NCBI GenBank assembly: GCA_013239625.1
Contig: MU054187.1
Location: forward strand, 3,297,757-3,361,756
Length of the DNA: 64,000 nt
DNA from: Lama guanicoe
Lineage: Eukaryota
Reading direction: 5' to 3'
Part shown: in pieces, positions 12,029 through 24,880 of the stretch
Layout: each line of letters starts with the position of its first letter
Numbering within the stretch: position 1 is the first letter of the stretch
Notes under the pieces: model-generated
Seen by the model: only the letters and a program-made list of their open reading frames with translations
What the model was told of the DNA's origin: nothing
The model's database searches: none
Made by a program: the position numbers and the translations under genes

Positions 12029-12586
12029 CAGTCCTCCGTCAAAATAGCTTAGGTGATTTTGCTTGATGCAAAGCTGTGATTCCCACAGGAACACAAAAAA
12101 CAAAGAGAGAAAACATACCCCTCCAGACTTGAGAAGAAACAAAACACAACAAAAATTAGTACTGCTTAGACAGAATTCATAAACCATTCTCATGTGGAAA
12201 CCAGTACCCTGTGTGAAGAGCCAATAATCCAACGACAGACAACCCAAGTGAGTTTACACATGCATTAGAGTTGATGGAATGGGTCGTTTTCAACACATTT
12301 CAGGATTTTTTTTTCAATTTTAAATTTTCAGTTCAGAACATCTTTGATGACAGAAACCCTATGCAGCCCACGTCTGGCTTTTGATAAGACCAAGGAGCTC
12401 GATAACTTAGCGATGTAGGTTCAGTGATAATCAGGATTCAGTATTCAGTTTCAAAACTGTAATAAATACACAAAGAGGAAGCGGGGGGCCGGGGGGCAGA
12501 GAGGCAAAGCGAGCGTCTGATTCCCCAGCTTGCGCGCCTCGCACGGGACGTCCGGGCAGAGCTGCGCGAGAGACAGGCTGTGTTCA

Positions 12587-12650
12587 GGCCCGGGGTGCAG
12601 GCGGGGCCCGGGGTGCAGGCAGGGGCCCGGGGTGCAGGCGGGGCCCCGGA
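12587..12650. repeat. 18/19-bp GC-rich minisatellite, ~3.5 copies of GGCCCGGGGTGCAGGCGG
   Basis: Units start at 12587, 12605 and 12624, with a partial unit at 12642. Confidence 0.9.
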
Positions 12651-13114
12651 GCGCGCCTCGCCGCCCCTCCTAGTGCCAAACGCCGCCGCGCGCCGGGCTC
12701 GCGCCCCAGAAAGCAGAGGAGAGCTGCGCGGTCACGTTCTCCTCTGTGGACAGACTCCCCCTCCCCCACTCAAGGGCAAAGTGACGTGTCTTTCGGAAGC
12801 TTTGGGACGCTCTTTAGTAAGCATGAGCCGACAGGTGCAGTGAGAATGCTATGAGAAAACCCTTCTGAACTGAGCGAGGGCCTATCACTAGATCCAGCTA
12901 AGATCTGTATTGAATCATTCGTGAAGTCGCACTCCTACAGGCTTCTGGGTTTTAAATACCTCCGTCCAGCAAGTAGACGTTCCCCACTTTCTGTTCCCAG
13001 CGTCCTCGGTCATGGTGCTTTTTGTTGCATTAAAAGTGCCGGTCAAACTTTGATAGTATTTTTTTATAGTTGGTGCAGAGTGGAATAACTCATGGATTAT
13101 TTCAATATTTTTGT

Positions 13115-13120
13115 AATAAA
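13115..13120 (+). terminator. Proximal polyadenylation signal (AATAAA)
   Basis: ttgtAATAAAaatat in U-rich context, with a downstream T-run at 13151-13157. Confidence 0.65.
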
Positions 13121-16100
13121 AATATAGGGTACACGTCTAGGCATCATCCCTTTTTTTATAGACCTGGAATCGTTTAAAACACTTTAAGCATCATAGTTGC
13201 TTGGGACGTCAGACACTGGTCCACAGATCCCATCAGCCTGCCTCGGCAGATTGAGAACACCTGTCTCTTGCAAGACCCCCCTACTTTACAATGTTGGTGC
13301 CCCCAGGAACCTGGCCAGGGGTGCTATTAGAACATCAGGTGACGAGAGAGTCCGCTTGACTAGAAAGGGCTTGTCAAGACTGGCCAATGTTTCCCCGGAA
13401 ATCAGAGATGTAAACGATTACTTCCATCCATCCACTATGACAAACCTGACCACAGTGGACGACGTCTTAAACTCCCTTCCCTGGTTTTATATTAACCCAA
13501 CTGATAGACTAAATATTAGTTGTCACTTTAAAAAAAAAAGTCAGTTTAACTTACCAATCAGTTATTTGGACTGTCCAATTCACTTTAAATAGTCGTGTTC
13601 TAGAGCCGCCACCTGTAACAGGCAGCTGCTGTCCCTGTGGTGATGTCCACAGGAGTGACAGGCAGCTCCACCTACAACTTTTTTGATACAAAGCACCAAA
13701 ACGATGTTTAAAAAATAGACAATTTTTTATCAGTAGACATGATAGGATCCTCCAAGCAAGATTTCACTAAAAAAAATAACATTCTCTGGGCAAACATTAT
13801 CTAGTCACCAGTAAAGGTCCAGGGAGACGCTCTTCTTGTCCACAATTGCTGAGAACATTCCACGCCCCCCCCCAACTGTAGAAGGAAACAAAAATGATTA
13901 TATTGGCAAATTCCTCACTTTCGGTGCAGAACCATGAGTTATTAGCATCATTATCTCCAAGACAACTTTAAATTGATGATCTTTGGAAGTTGAATTGCTC
14001 AGTTGAACTATAGCTTTGATGCCACGTGTAAATAACAGGTTATAATATTGTCAGTCAACACAAACCCAGCAGCCCTGTCACTCTCCAGCCATGTAAGACC
14101 TAAATTATTTCTCAAGTATTTCTTCATGTAGCACGTGAAGAGCCAAAATGAGTGCTGTGTGGGTGTGAACCGAGGTGCTGTGCTTTGTCTTGGAGGTGAG
14201 GATGCATTCGGGAAGGTGTAAGAAGGGTGAATTTTTCAATGATTTCCCAAATACGGTAAATACTCTGTTATCCAACATACTTGAAGGTTACAATATTCTA
14301 GTCAAAATCCTTGTTAAGGAAATATCTCCACCATGTTCTAAATTACAAACTTCCTCAAGATTATAAACAAGAACAAAAAAAGTTTGCTTCTGAGGAAGGC
14401 CATGACTTAATCTTGCTTCCAAGACTCAGAAGGCTCTGGGTTGCCGTCAGACTGTGCGGTGATGAGAGCTTTTATTGGCTTCTAGACATGCTGATAACAG
14501 AGAGTTTAAAGTATTAGGATTTAAAGAGACATCGTCAGTGTACACAGGAACAAAGTTTGATTTCCCTATTTATATTTCAATTCCTTCTTAGCTTTTATTT
14601 TCAGTTCACCATTTAACCCTCCACAGAGAGTAACCCAGGAATCCAAAGGGAACACACCACAGTTAGCACACAAATTGGAAGAGCTGGATTCTTTCTCTGT
14701 GGCCTCCAGCTTTCTATTCTGAGTCCACCTGGGTTCCCTGTGGAGGGGAAGGGTCTGCTCTTAGTATTTGATTTTTGCACAGGACCATGAAATGTTCTGA
14801 AGGAAAATAAGTTTTTTGACTTTTAAATTAGCATTTCTCAATGAAACTCTATTTGAGATTAATGAATGTATATGTCTTAACCACACTGAGACTGTAAGTA
14901 TTTGTGTGGAAGAAAAAGATTTTTCCATGTAAGTCGAAGTTTGGTCCCCAAAAATGACTATGTCCTTTAAATCTTCTCTGATTTCCATTTGTCCTCCTTA
15001 ACTATGTACTGTCTAGTTCAGTGACCTTGACTTTACACTCTGTTACTATTCATTTATGACATTGCTGTGAACCCAACAAATGAAATAAATTTTCCTACTA
15101 ACATGGCAAGAATATGCAATTCAAGTATTAGCAAAAGATAAAATACAAAGATAATCTGAAGATATTGAAGCACATTGAAGTATTTACACTTAATTTCTAA
15201 ATGCCCTATTTCTTTGGCTCTGTGAATAAATGAAGTGACGGCACTGACCAATTTAAAGGGAATAGGGATAATTGAAATCTCAATGACTTCTTTTAAAATA
15301 TCATCCATATATGTGTATAGTATAGATTACAAATATGTATTCTATATAATACACAAACACACAGCCACACAACTAAAGTGACAGAGGAAGGGTGTAAAGT
15401 ATACACCGCCCTTTCATGTCTATAAATGGGTATGTTACTGACACATGAACTTTTAGATAAAAAGCTTTTTCTCGCTCCTTTCGGCGCCAGCCCGAGCATA
15501 TCGTCCACATCTGTTAAGATGTCAACACACCTGTGATCTTCAGTTGGAAATACCTAGATGTAATTTAGCTCTTTTAACTTGAATGAGCTCTCCCACTCCT
15601 GGAGGGGCTCATCTTTTAAGCAGTTGAATCGAATAGTTGTGAGTCATTGCAGAGTTTCTCTCTCCGAACAGACTGAATGGAGCAAAGGAAACCCCTGGGG
15701 TCCTTACCAGGATTCTGTGAGGTTACCTGTTTGCCTTGAATTGTACCAAATGCCATTGAGTGGAAACAACTTCTGACACAATGTTTGGACAAGAATTCAG
15801 AGGAATTTTTTTTCTAATGAACCATTTTCTAGACTACACGCACATTCCCCTCTGTTCTCACAAGTCTTTGCCATTAGCCGTTACCCTCTGTGTAAAGCTG
15901 GGACGAGGTGCCGCAGTTTTGTTTCTCAAGAGGATTCCTTAAAGCTCTTGTAAAAGTAGCTCGGGCCGTCTTTCAGAAATAGAGCTCCAAGGACGGCTGA
16001 CGCGCCTGCTGCAGACGCAGAGGGACTTAGTGGCCGTTTCTCTAATTTCAGTGATGGGTTCAGATCAACTCATGTTCATTTATCTTCAGCAACCCAGTGT

Positions 16101-16889
16101 CACTTGTGGAAACCATCAGAACGATTGCTCCCGCCAGCTTGTGGCTCAGAACCCCCCTTCTCCCCCTCTGAAGCAGGAGCGCCTCAGACGGGCCAAGGAC
16201 AAGCGATCCCCCTCCGTCACCACCGCCCCGCCCCTGGTCTCCGAGGCTCCGGCCCCGACCCGAGTCAGGCTGGGCAAGGGTCTTGACCTCTGGGCAGTAC
16301 CTCCTCCCCTCCCTGGGGCAGAGCGCTCTCTGTGGACACACATCTTGTCCAGCTGCCTTCCTGAGAACGGGCACCTGGAAAGACACAGTACGTGTCCCTG
16401 ATCAGCACCCTCAAAAGCAGAACTCCGCGGGGTGGGGGCGGGACTATGTGAAAACGCGAGCCATTCCGCTGCGCTGACCGTGGCGGTCAGGCAGCTGGCG
16501 CGCAGCCTGCTCTCACGCAGAGGGCCTGGCGGCGGGCGAGGCCAGCAGGAACCAGGGTCTGGAAGCTCTTCCTTGAGTGTTTGAGGCATCGCGTTGTCTC
16601 AACACCCATTGGAAGCTCTTTCTCTAGATTCCATAAGGAAAAAGAAAAATCAGACTTTTGTAATATTGCAGCAACGGCTTAGCCCAGAAATCTAACACTT
16701 CGGTCTTTTGTGCTGCTAAATAAGAGGTGGTTTAATGTCGCTGCAATGGCTCGTTGCTTTGTTTAAATTGTTTTCATAATATTCCGATGGGAGTCAGAAA
16801 CACTGAACCCAGGTTTCACTTTGGCTCCTCTCCCCCCGTGTCGGTGGTGGCTTCCCGGGCCTGAGAGCCTATCTGGTGCCTGGGCTGTG

Positions 16890-17040
16890 CCCACAGCTTC
16901 ACCTGAGTGACCTCGGCCCATCCTCAGAGCCATCCTTGAGCGGAGCCCCATTTACAGATGATAAAACTTCAGCTCAGAGACATTAAACTAGCCAGGGGTC
17001 CGCAGCTGAGCATCACTGGAGCTGAGCGTTGAATGAAACT
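16890..17040 (-). mobile_element. MIR SINE fragment
   Basis: ccccatttacagatgataaaacttcagctcagaga is the reverse-complement MIR core. Confidence 0.75.
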
Positions 17041-18792
17041 GATAATGACTTCTACCAGTTCCAGATCCTCCTAGAAAACCGAGGAATACTTTCCCACCCA
17101 GCTCTATTCCTGACTTGGCAAGGTCTCAGGAGAAACAAAGCGTAGTCAGATGATCAAATTTTTCAAAGAAAATTTCATTTAAGAGTCAAAGATGCCTTTC
17201 AGTGTGAAAAGCTGAACATTTTAAAAGTCAGTGACGAGAAACAGAGGTCTCTACCACCTGTCACTGAGTCTTCCTTCAGTTCCCTAATTCACAGTAGGCA
17301 GATGAGTGCCCGTCTTCCGTTCCAGAAGGCTGTCCCCCAACCCCACTGGCCTTGCTTTACACTAAAGTAAGTAATGAATACAAATGAACCTGATGGTTCT
17401 TTTCTTCTGGTCTCTACATGTACACTACCACCAGCCAGTTAGGCAGATGGGAAGATAGCTAACCCCCACTACTTACCCTGACCTCTGACTGATCAAAAAA
17501 CAGAGAGGAAGGAAGGAAGGAAAGAATAAGGGAAGATGGGTCGAACAAATCTTTGAGTGACATTACTTTCATACTGTAAGGTAATTCTATTCCATTTTTG
17601 TAATTTTCCCCTAAATTTCATTTACTGTCTTGCAGATCACAAAATGTAATCCTTAATGGGATTTTTATAGCACTAGTCGAACCATCACATAAATCTAGAA
17701 ACTTCATCTCAGATGGAAAGGTTACATGTAAAGAATGTAGCGAACATTTACCAAAAATTGGTTGAATCAAATTATAAGGCAACGTGTGTGTCGTTTCCCT
17801 CCTCAGCTGAGATGTACCATGTCTGAGGTCTACAGGATGACAGAGTTATGACCTAGTCAGGGATGTGGTTGTGCAGGGAGCTGTGTGTGTGTCGCTTGAA
17901 TTCATGCTAAAAAGGTAGCCAATCATAAGCCCAAAATTTTCTGAACCCTGGTGTTTACTTTCAAAAAATATACACAGTGATCAGTCTGAATTTAACACAT
18001 TAAGACACAAGCCATCCCTAACTTCCTGCCTTTTGGATATGATTTAAGCAGATCTTTATAAAGTTAGGTTAAATTAGGAGTCACTAACTTTTAGAGGAAA
18101 TAGTGTCTAAAGTAACACTTCTTTTTATAGATGAGCCCAACTGGATCCGAAGAGACCAGGCATTTTTTACCATCATTCATTCAGTCAGTCATTCATTTAT
18201 CAGGCACAATCGATTTGCCAGCCAACGCACAGTCACACCCAGAATAAACCCCGCGTTCGGCATCTCACACTGCGGTTACTGGCCGCAGCATAAGCGCCTT
18301 CTGACCTCAGCCCTCGTTCTGCCCTCCCACACTGCTTCTCCCTTTAATGTCTGTGTTTAATTCTATGCCAGAGCAATAAAGAAACAGAAGCTTTTCCAAG
18401 GTTGTCATGTGAGCCTCATGATAAACGATGAGCACACATCATGGCGAACGTAAGGTAGTGATAGGAATGGAAGGATAAATCAACAACGGATGACTGCTTA
18501 TAGAGAGGAAGGTAACTTTACAATTTGTGTTTATGCCTCTCCTTTAAAGCAAGGCCACAAAGCAACATCAACAAAAAAAAATTGATATACTCTTTTGGCA
18601 CATAGTATTTGACTCAAAGCAATCATCTCTGAATAAGGTTTGGAGATACTTCTAAGAATTTCTTTTAAGAAGAGACATGAAATTAGGATGCCTCTGAAAT
18701 GTCTGAAAAGTTTTCTAATGGTCAGTTCCCAGATCCTCAGGAAGCATTTTTCATGAGCACATACGATGCTTTTTTTCCCCAAACACCATTCT

Positions 18793-18893
18793 TTCCCCTC
18801 GCCTTCTTTCTTAAATGGAGGGGCTGGGGATTGAACCCAGGACCTCATGCATGCCAGGCATGCACTCTACCACTGAGCTCTACCCTCCCCCCA
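18793..18893 (-). mobile_element. tRNA-derived SINE (camelid vic-1-like) with target-site duplication
   Basis: Minus strand gggagggtagagctcagtggtagagtgcatgcctggcatgcatgaggtcctgggttcaatccccagc has A and B boxes. TSD cccaaa(t)caccattct at 18778-18792 and 18894-18909. Confidence 0.9.
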
Positions 18894-20248
18894 CCCAAAT
18901 CACCATTCTGATTTTTCACAGAGTGATTCTTTCTGGCTACAGAGGAATGGAAGAGGGACCATCAGGTGGACAGAAGCAGGACACAGAGTGAGAGAGCCAG
19001 AGGCCCCCAGGACAGTGTAGTGGAACGTATGGGTTCATGAAAGATCCCCCTTCCCCATGACCGTGGAGAATCACCACAAGAGCATCTCTCTGTACACGAG
19101 CGTTAAAGGTGGTGGTGGACCTCCCCAGAACGTAGTCTCCAGCAGTCACGTTATTTAGGGGTCACAGATTTCCAGGCATAAACCTCAGTTACTGCAACCT
19201 GAGAGGTCGTTCTGAAGCCTTGCCCCCCACGCCCAGAAGAGCAGCACTGAGCTGCATCCCCTGTCGTGGGTTGGAGCCATCAGCCCTACCCCGTGTGGAC
19301 ACAAGCTGGCTTGATACCGAATCCAAGCCTCTTCTACAGTATGGCCCGGTGTGGTTGGCTTTCTGCAAGGTCAAGGGCACACGGTTTAAAGATAATGATT
19401 AATTTTATAACTAATTTTCTCTGAGTGAAATAATGCTGGTCAGGGGATGCTATAAACCCATTGGTCCTCTATGGAGGAAAAGGAAAGAGAAGAAAGCATA
19501 CTAATTTTTATGAGCACAGAATAACTCAAAGAATTCCATGGCGAGTCCCATGAAGCAGCAGCAAGCAGCTGACCTGAGGACAGTGCCAAGTCAGAGCCAC
19601 GACCTCTAGGCCCCTGGCACCATTCATAGTTCGTTACAAGGTTGGCTGCTGTGTCCGCTGCTGCACCAAACAGGATGAGTCGTCACCGACATGACGCTTC
19701 CAGAGGAAGAGCATGTTTAACAAAACCGATCAACATCAAAACTAATTAACCATCTTGCTAAGAAAACATCACCGCACGGTACCAGCCCGGAACTCTCCCC
19801 TGTGCCGTCGCTGAAGCCTGTCAGCTACTCTGTTATTAGAATTTCAGAAGATGCAAGATTTGATGTTTTTATTTCACTTCCATCCACCACATTAAGCTGG
19901 TGGCCGTCTCCTCTCTCTGTTGCTTGATTTGCATTAAAATGGAACTCATCAAATTCTTACTTCATTAAGAGCCACGAATGTTAACAAATGGAGACGTTGT
20001 GTTTAATTTAAGCTAACATAACTGTTCTGGAGAGGGTCTGGTACACAGTTGTATCACGTCAACACTCCTAATTATTCCACGTTAATTCACCCATCAGTAA
20101 GTTCTAAAACATCCCTTGGCATGTTGAAAGTACACTTCGGGTCTCTCATCATCAGAAGAAATTCCTATTTGGTTTACAAGCCAGTGGGACACGTCCTCAT
20201 CAACACTGGCATTTCAGCACATCGTGGTTCGGACAACTGAACGCTTGT

Positions 20249-20293
20249 GTCCGGCGGGTCCGGCGGGTCCGGTGTGTCCGGCGTGTCGGGCGC
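20249..20293. repeat. 9-bp CpG-rich tandem repeat, 5 copies (GTCCGGCGG-like)
   Basis: gtccggcgg gtccggcgg gtccggtgt gtccggcgt gtcgggcgc. Confidence 0.85.
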
Positions 20294-21788
20294 GGCTGAG
20301 ATTCGACAGGCGGCCCGGCCCCGTGCCTCCCTGCTTGTGCTGCTGACAGTTCTTCTGCTGCTCGAATCGGGAGCAACAGCGCGTCCTCCTGTAACCAGAG
20401 ATCTGTCTGCCGGTCACAGGATTGTCATTTCATGTTCCTCTTTCAAAGAATATCCAGCTACTCCTATTAACCTTTCTAACGTATTGTACACAGAAAAAGA
20501 AAGAAATCTCTGAAGTGCGTCTCGACAGCCCGAGGTGGGCTGAGTCAGAGCCCTGGAGCTCTGCGGGAGGAAGGCCACCGCTCCCGCCCTGAGGAAGGGG
20601 AAGGGGCCGGGCCGGGCGAGCCAGCCACGCCGGAAGCCCCAGCCCCGGCGTCACAAGCTGCCGACTGCGGATGCTGTCAGCTCCCTTCTTTTTTTTCTCC
20701 CAGAAACATCTTGGAACTTGTCGAGCTTTACTGAAGGCTGACTGGCATTAATTAATGCAACAGACCTTTGATCTTGCAGATTCTTGACTTGTAATGTGAT
20801 CGCCAAGCTGCTACAAGGGGACCGGAATCCCTGAGTGGAAAGGGGCGCTCGCTCGGCGCCGTGGGGTGCCGCGCCCAGCCCGGCCGGACAGCAAGAGCCC
20901 TGTGAGGTGGCGCATTCTGGACTCGTGCTCGCTGCTCCGTCATTCATGCTGTGAATACTCACCTGCTTCATTTGGTTTTGCCAGTAAGCACGGCTCTGAA
21001 AAAAAGAAAAAAGTCAGTGGACTCCTGGGGGCTTGCACAGCTCAGAGAATGCATACTGGGACATGGAGACTTGCCTTAAATAGATACACATCCACTTGTG
21101 TTTAGAAATGGAAAACAAGTCATTGTCATCTGTTGAATGATTGATCTGCCTACTGATCTGAGTGCTGCCCTTCATTTCTTGAGAGGACCGTTGTCAACCT
21201 TGTCATAACCAATTTATACAAATGGAATTTAGAATTCAATTTCAGAGGTAAAATCTACATGGCTGTGGCTGTTGAATAATTTGATTCCCGCTTCACTGGG
21301 AGGGGACACTGATTTTTCAAGCTGAGATATATTTGTACGTGGAATTGGCTCCCCTGTGGCGTCTCGGGCCCTGCAAAACCTTGGGTTATAAGTTCTAAGA
21401 TCAGCAATCGGAGGTTCCTGGCACCCGAGTGTTCACTTAAAAGGAAACAAGTGGTCTCATAATTTAAAATCATGGTTCTTTTCCCACATGCTTCTCTGTT
21501 TTTAAAGAAGAGTCTGAGCTGCAAGGTAAGGAGGAATGTGCTTCAGATCATAGTTTCCAAGTTCGCAGGAGCGTCAGGCGTCCTGATGTTCTTATAAAGC
21601 TGTCTGTCTGTCCTTTCAGGGTAGCGGCCTTAGGAGTTAACACTAGAAGCATGAGTGAGAGTCATCGGATTTATCCAATAAACAACCTCACAGGAGAAGA
21701 AAGAAGGGGAAGCTGGGGTCCTTTTTGTGTGCATTCCAGACGTGTTTCTCCTTCCTCAGTGACCGTGTTGGTGATTATTTCCAAGCTG

Positions 21789-21864
21789 GAGAGAGAGAGA
21801 GAAAGAAAGAAGGAAGGAAGGAGGAAGGAAGGAAGGAGGAAGGAAGGAAGGAAAGAAGGAAGGA
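21789..21864. repeat. (GA)n/(GGAA)n purine-rich simple repeat
   Basis: Directly visible. Confidence 0.9.
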
Positions 21865-23492
21865 CCTACCACCATGTGACTTCTTTTCAATTGCAAGGCA
21901 ATGAAAACCACCAAGTTGAAGAAAACGTTGATCTCCTGATGCCCGAAGCCAAAGAGGCGCCAAGCTGCCCTGTGTCGCACGACAAGTTGGTTGGCTGAGG
22001 GGAAGCGGGAGGGGTCAGCAGCCTCTTGACGAGGCTAGAGAGGAAGAGCGGCGACGAGCTGGGCCGGGACAGGGGTGTCTACTAATGTCGAGGTGCAGGT
22101 GTGGGGCTCAAAACGAAGGCTGTCGGGGGCTCGTGAGGAATACTTGGCTGCTGGTATCGCAGACGTGGGCGGGGCCCCGCCGCTCCATGACTGTGACCGT
22201 AGACGCGTCGCCCGCTTGTGACAGGCCAGGGCGTGACTGAGGTGGGAGGGCAGGGAAGACGCCAGCCGCTCTGCGTCTGCTCCTAACCCTGTCCTCCAAG
22301 GGGCTCTCCCTCCTGGTACTTCTCCTCGGTCGTCGTCCCGTTCGCTGCTAGCTAGCCCCACATGCCAGGAGCTGCAGACGGATTGTAAAACGAGAAGCTT
22401 TAAGGTAGAGGAAGTGCTCTGGCTTGTAGAACTTGACTGCTGACGCATCCACCCATCTGACAGCAAGGAGATGCAGGGTCACCATGGCCTTACTCATCAC
22501 CCCATTGTAAATAGATCATGACATCCCAAAACCTCCGTGTTCAGTCCCTAAACCAGGTTTACAAGTATTTGCTGAATCATTTCAACATATTTTGGAATTT
22601 GATTCTGCCCCTCACCTAGTCTGTGTCTCTAACCCCAAAGAGGAAAAAGAATTCTTATGAGAATGGTTTTCAGCATAATGGACATTAAAAAAAAAAAAAG
22701 GTGGACAGTGAAGCGATTTTTCAACGTAGACAAAACCGCCCATTGACAGCCCTGAAGCTCTGATCTTTCCCCATGACTAGGTTTCTTCTCATTCGGGGGC
22801 TTTCAACATCTGAATTTTCTGGATGATTGCTGAACCATCTTCACTAAACAGAAGTGGACACTGTGGCGTTGTTAAAAAACAAAAACTGCCCACACGAATG
22901 CAAATATCCCAATGAAAAGTGAAGAAGTAGGTCACTCGAGGAGCAGGTTTGGTCTTCGCGACATCAAACAGATGTCTGAGTCCTAGGTCTTCATCTGGCT
23001 CTGGTGTTGGCTGGAGGGACAGAAAACGTTCAGGTGTCACAGGGAACGGAGTTTAACTTCCCCATGTGTTCATCTATGGCTGGTGATTTCTTGCTGCTAA
23101 CAATCTCTTTGTGGTGCAAAAAGAAATAAATAATGCAGAGCAAACACTATTTGATTTTTATTTACCTTCAGCAAACACGCGAAGGAAGAGGTTTGGGAGG
23201 CTGTCCTGGGTGTACTGGGGGCTGATTGCAGCATTGACCTTAGAGCGACCATCCCGGAGGCGCGCCTCTCGCCCTCGCCTGTCAAGGAACCTTGTTATTT
23301 AGCCTTTTTTATATATATATATAATTTTATAATTGCCCTTCTGCTCTCCACATGCTCTTAATCATTCACAAAATCTGCTGGACAGAATTGTTCAAGGGAA
23401 ATACAAATCGGTTAATGTTTTATTCTTTGAATAGGAAGTTTTAAGTTTTAAGGACTGCTTATACCTTTTAAGCATAAAAATAGTTAAAACTA

Positions 23493-23628
23493 CAGTCGGT
23501 CCCCCTATCCAAAGTTTCCATATCCACAGACGCAGAGGGAGGGCCACCGTAAGGGATGCGAGCATCCCGGATTTGGGTATCTGCCTGGAGTCCTGGAACC
23601 AGTCCCCGTCGACACCGAGGGGCGACTT
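23493..23628. mobile_element. Short internally deleted MER2-like (TcMar-Tigger) MITE
   Basis: TA|cagtcggtcccc ... gaggggcgactt|TA; internal gagcatcccggatttgggtatctg...gtcctggaaccagtcccc is characteristic of MER2. Confidence 0.75.
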
Positions 23629-24739
23629 TACTTGCTGCAGTTACCTGATGGTGAATTTTATGGTGTCAATAGAAGTAAACACTGTTTTTCCCAAATGCAA
23701 CAAAACACATCATTTTTCGGTTTCCTTTGTTGACGTCATTCTGATGGACAAGGACTAACCAGTTGTCACACACTGGAAGACTCGTGTTTTCTCTGGAGTC
23801 ACGGTGGGTGGGGAGAAAGAAACAAGAGATGACGTGGAAGGGAAACTGACCTCCCAGCAGGGAAGTGTGAGACAGTCCTCGTTTCATCCGATTCGCCTCG
23901 TTTCATTTTCATCGGGTGTGTGCTTACCTCATCCCTGTCCTGAAGCTGCTCCGAACTCAGACTCATCTCTCAAGTACGCTTATGCTGCAGAGCAAGTTCC
24001 CAGCAGGCAGAGAGAGCCCTGAAGGCGTTCAGCCATGCAAAGATCGTGAGAGCGTTTCCGGAGAAAATCTAAACGTCTTGCAGGTGCTTAGGGTGTGTTT
24101 GTGTAGAATTCCACACATAGTGCCAAGTTAGAATGCCTTCAGGGGTAGGCGGTCCCTTTCTTATCGGGTCCTCCCTTCCATCAGATGCAGCCGTTTCCTG
24201 AAATCAGATGGATCCTCCACCTGGTGCAGAAAGGGCTGCCAGCTCCCCGGCTGTTGCTTTATGTTTTGTAATCGCTCCTTGGAGGGAGGACTTAGCCACT
24301 CGTGCGCCTATGAGGGCCTGCTGCCCAGCAGAGCTGCAATCCCAGGGACACAGGTGTGCCCACCAACCCAGCTCAGATTTGTTTTCTTCTTCCCCAAGAT
24401 TCTTCCTTCACTAAGTCTTTTTCCAGCTGTTTGCCTTCATGTTATTGGCAGGATGTTCAGTCCAAGGTTTCGGTGAATTGACCACAAAGAGGCAACCATA
24501 GTTTGCAAAAACATTAAGCTTTTTGTTTTCCCAGTTATCTTTTATTATGTAATAATTGAATGCAGTTTATGTTTTAGTAGAAAAACCGAGGCTCCCTGTG
24601 TTGAATGTAAGGTCTGTTTTACAAATACTTCAGTATACTCTGTGGAACAATTTTCTTATACTATGACATACATTCTTTTCTGGAAACAAAGACACAGAGG
24701 AGTTGGGCCAGCGAGGGGGACGCAGGGACAGGGAATCTG

Positions 24740-24880
24740 AGTGCCTGTCGTCCTCATTCTCAGCCTCACTGTTCCCACACGTGGAAGAGAGATAATATTT
24801 ATCTACCTACCTCACGGGGGTGTTGGGAAGATTAAGCAGAGTTCGAAAAGGGCTTTGACACTTGGTGACTAGCATTAGCA
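24740..24880 (+). mobile_element. MIR SINE fragment
   Basis: gataatatttatctacctacctcacgggggtgttgggaagattaa. Confidence 0.65.
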
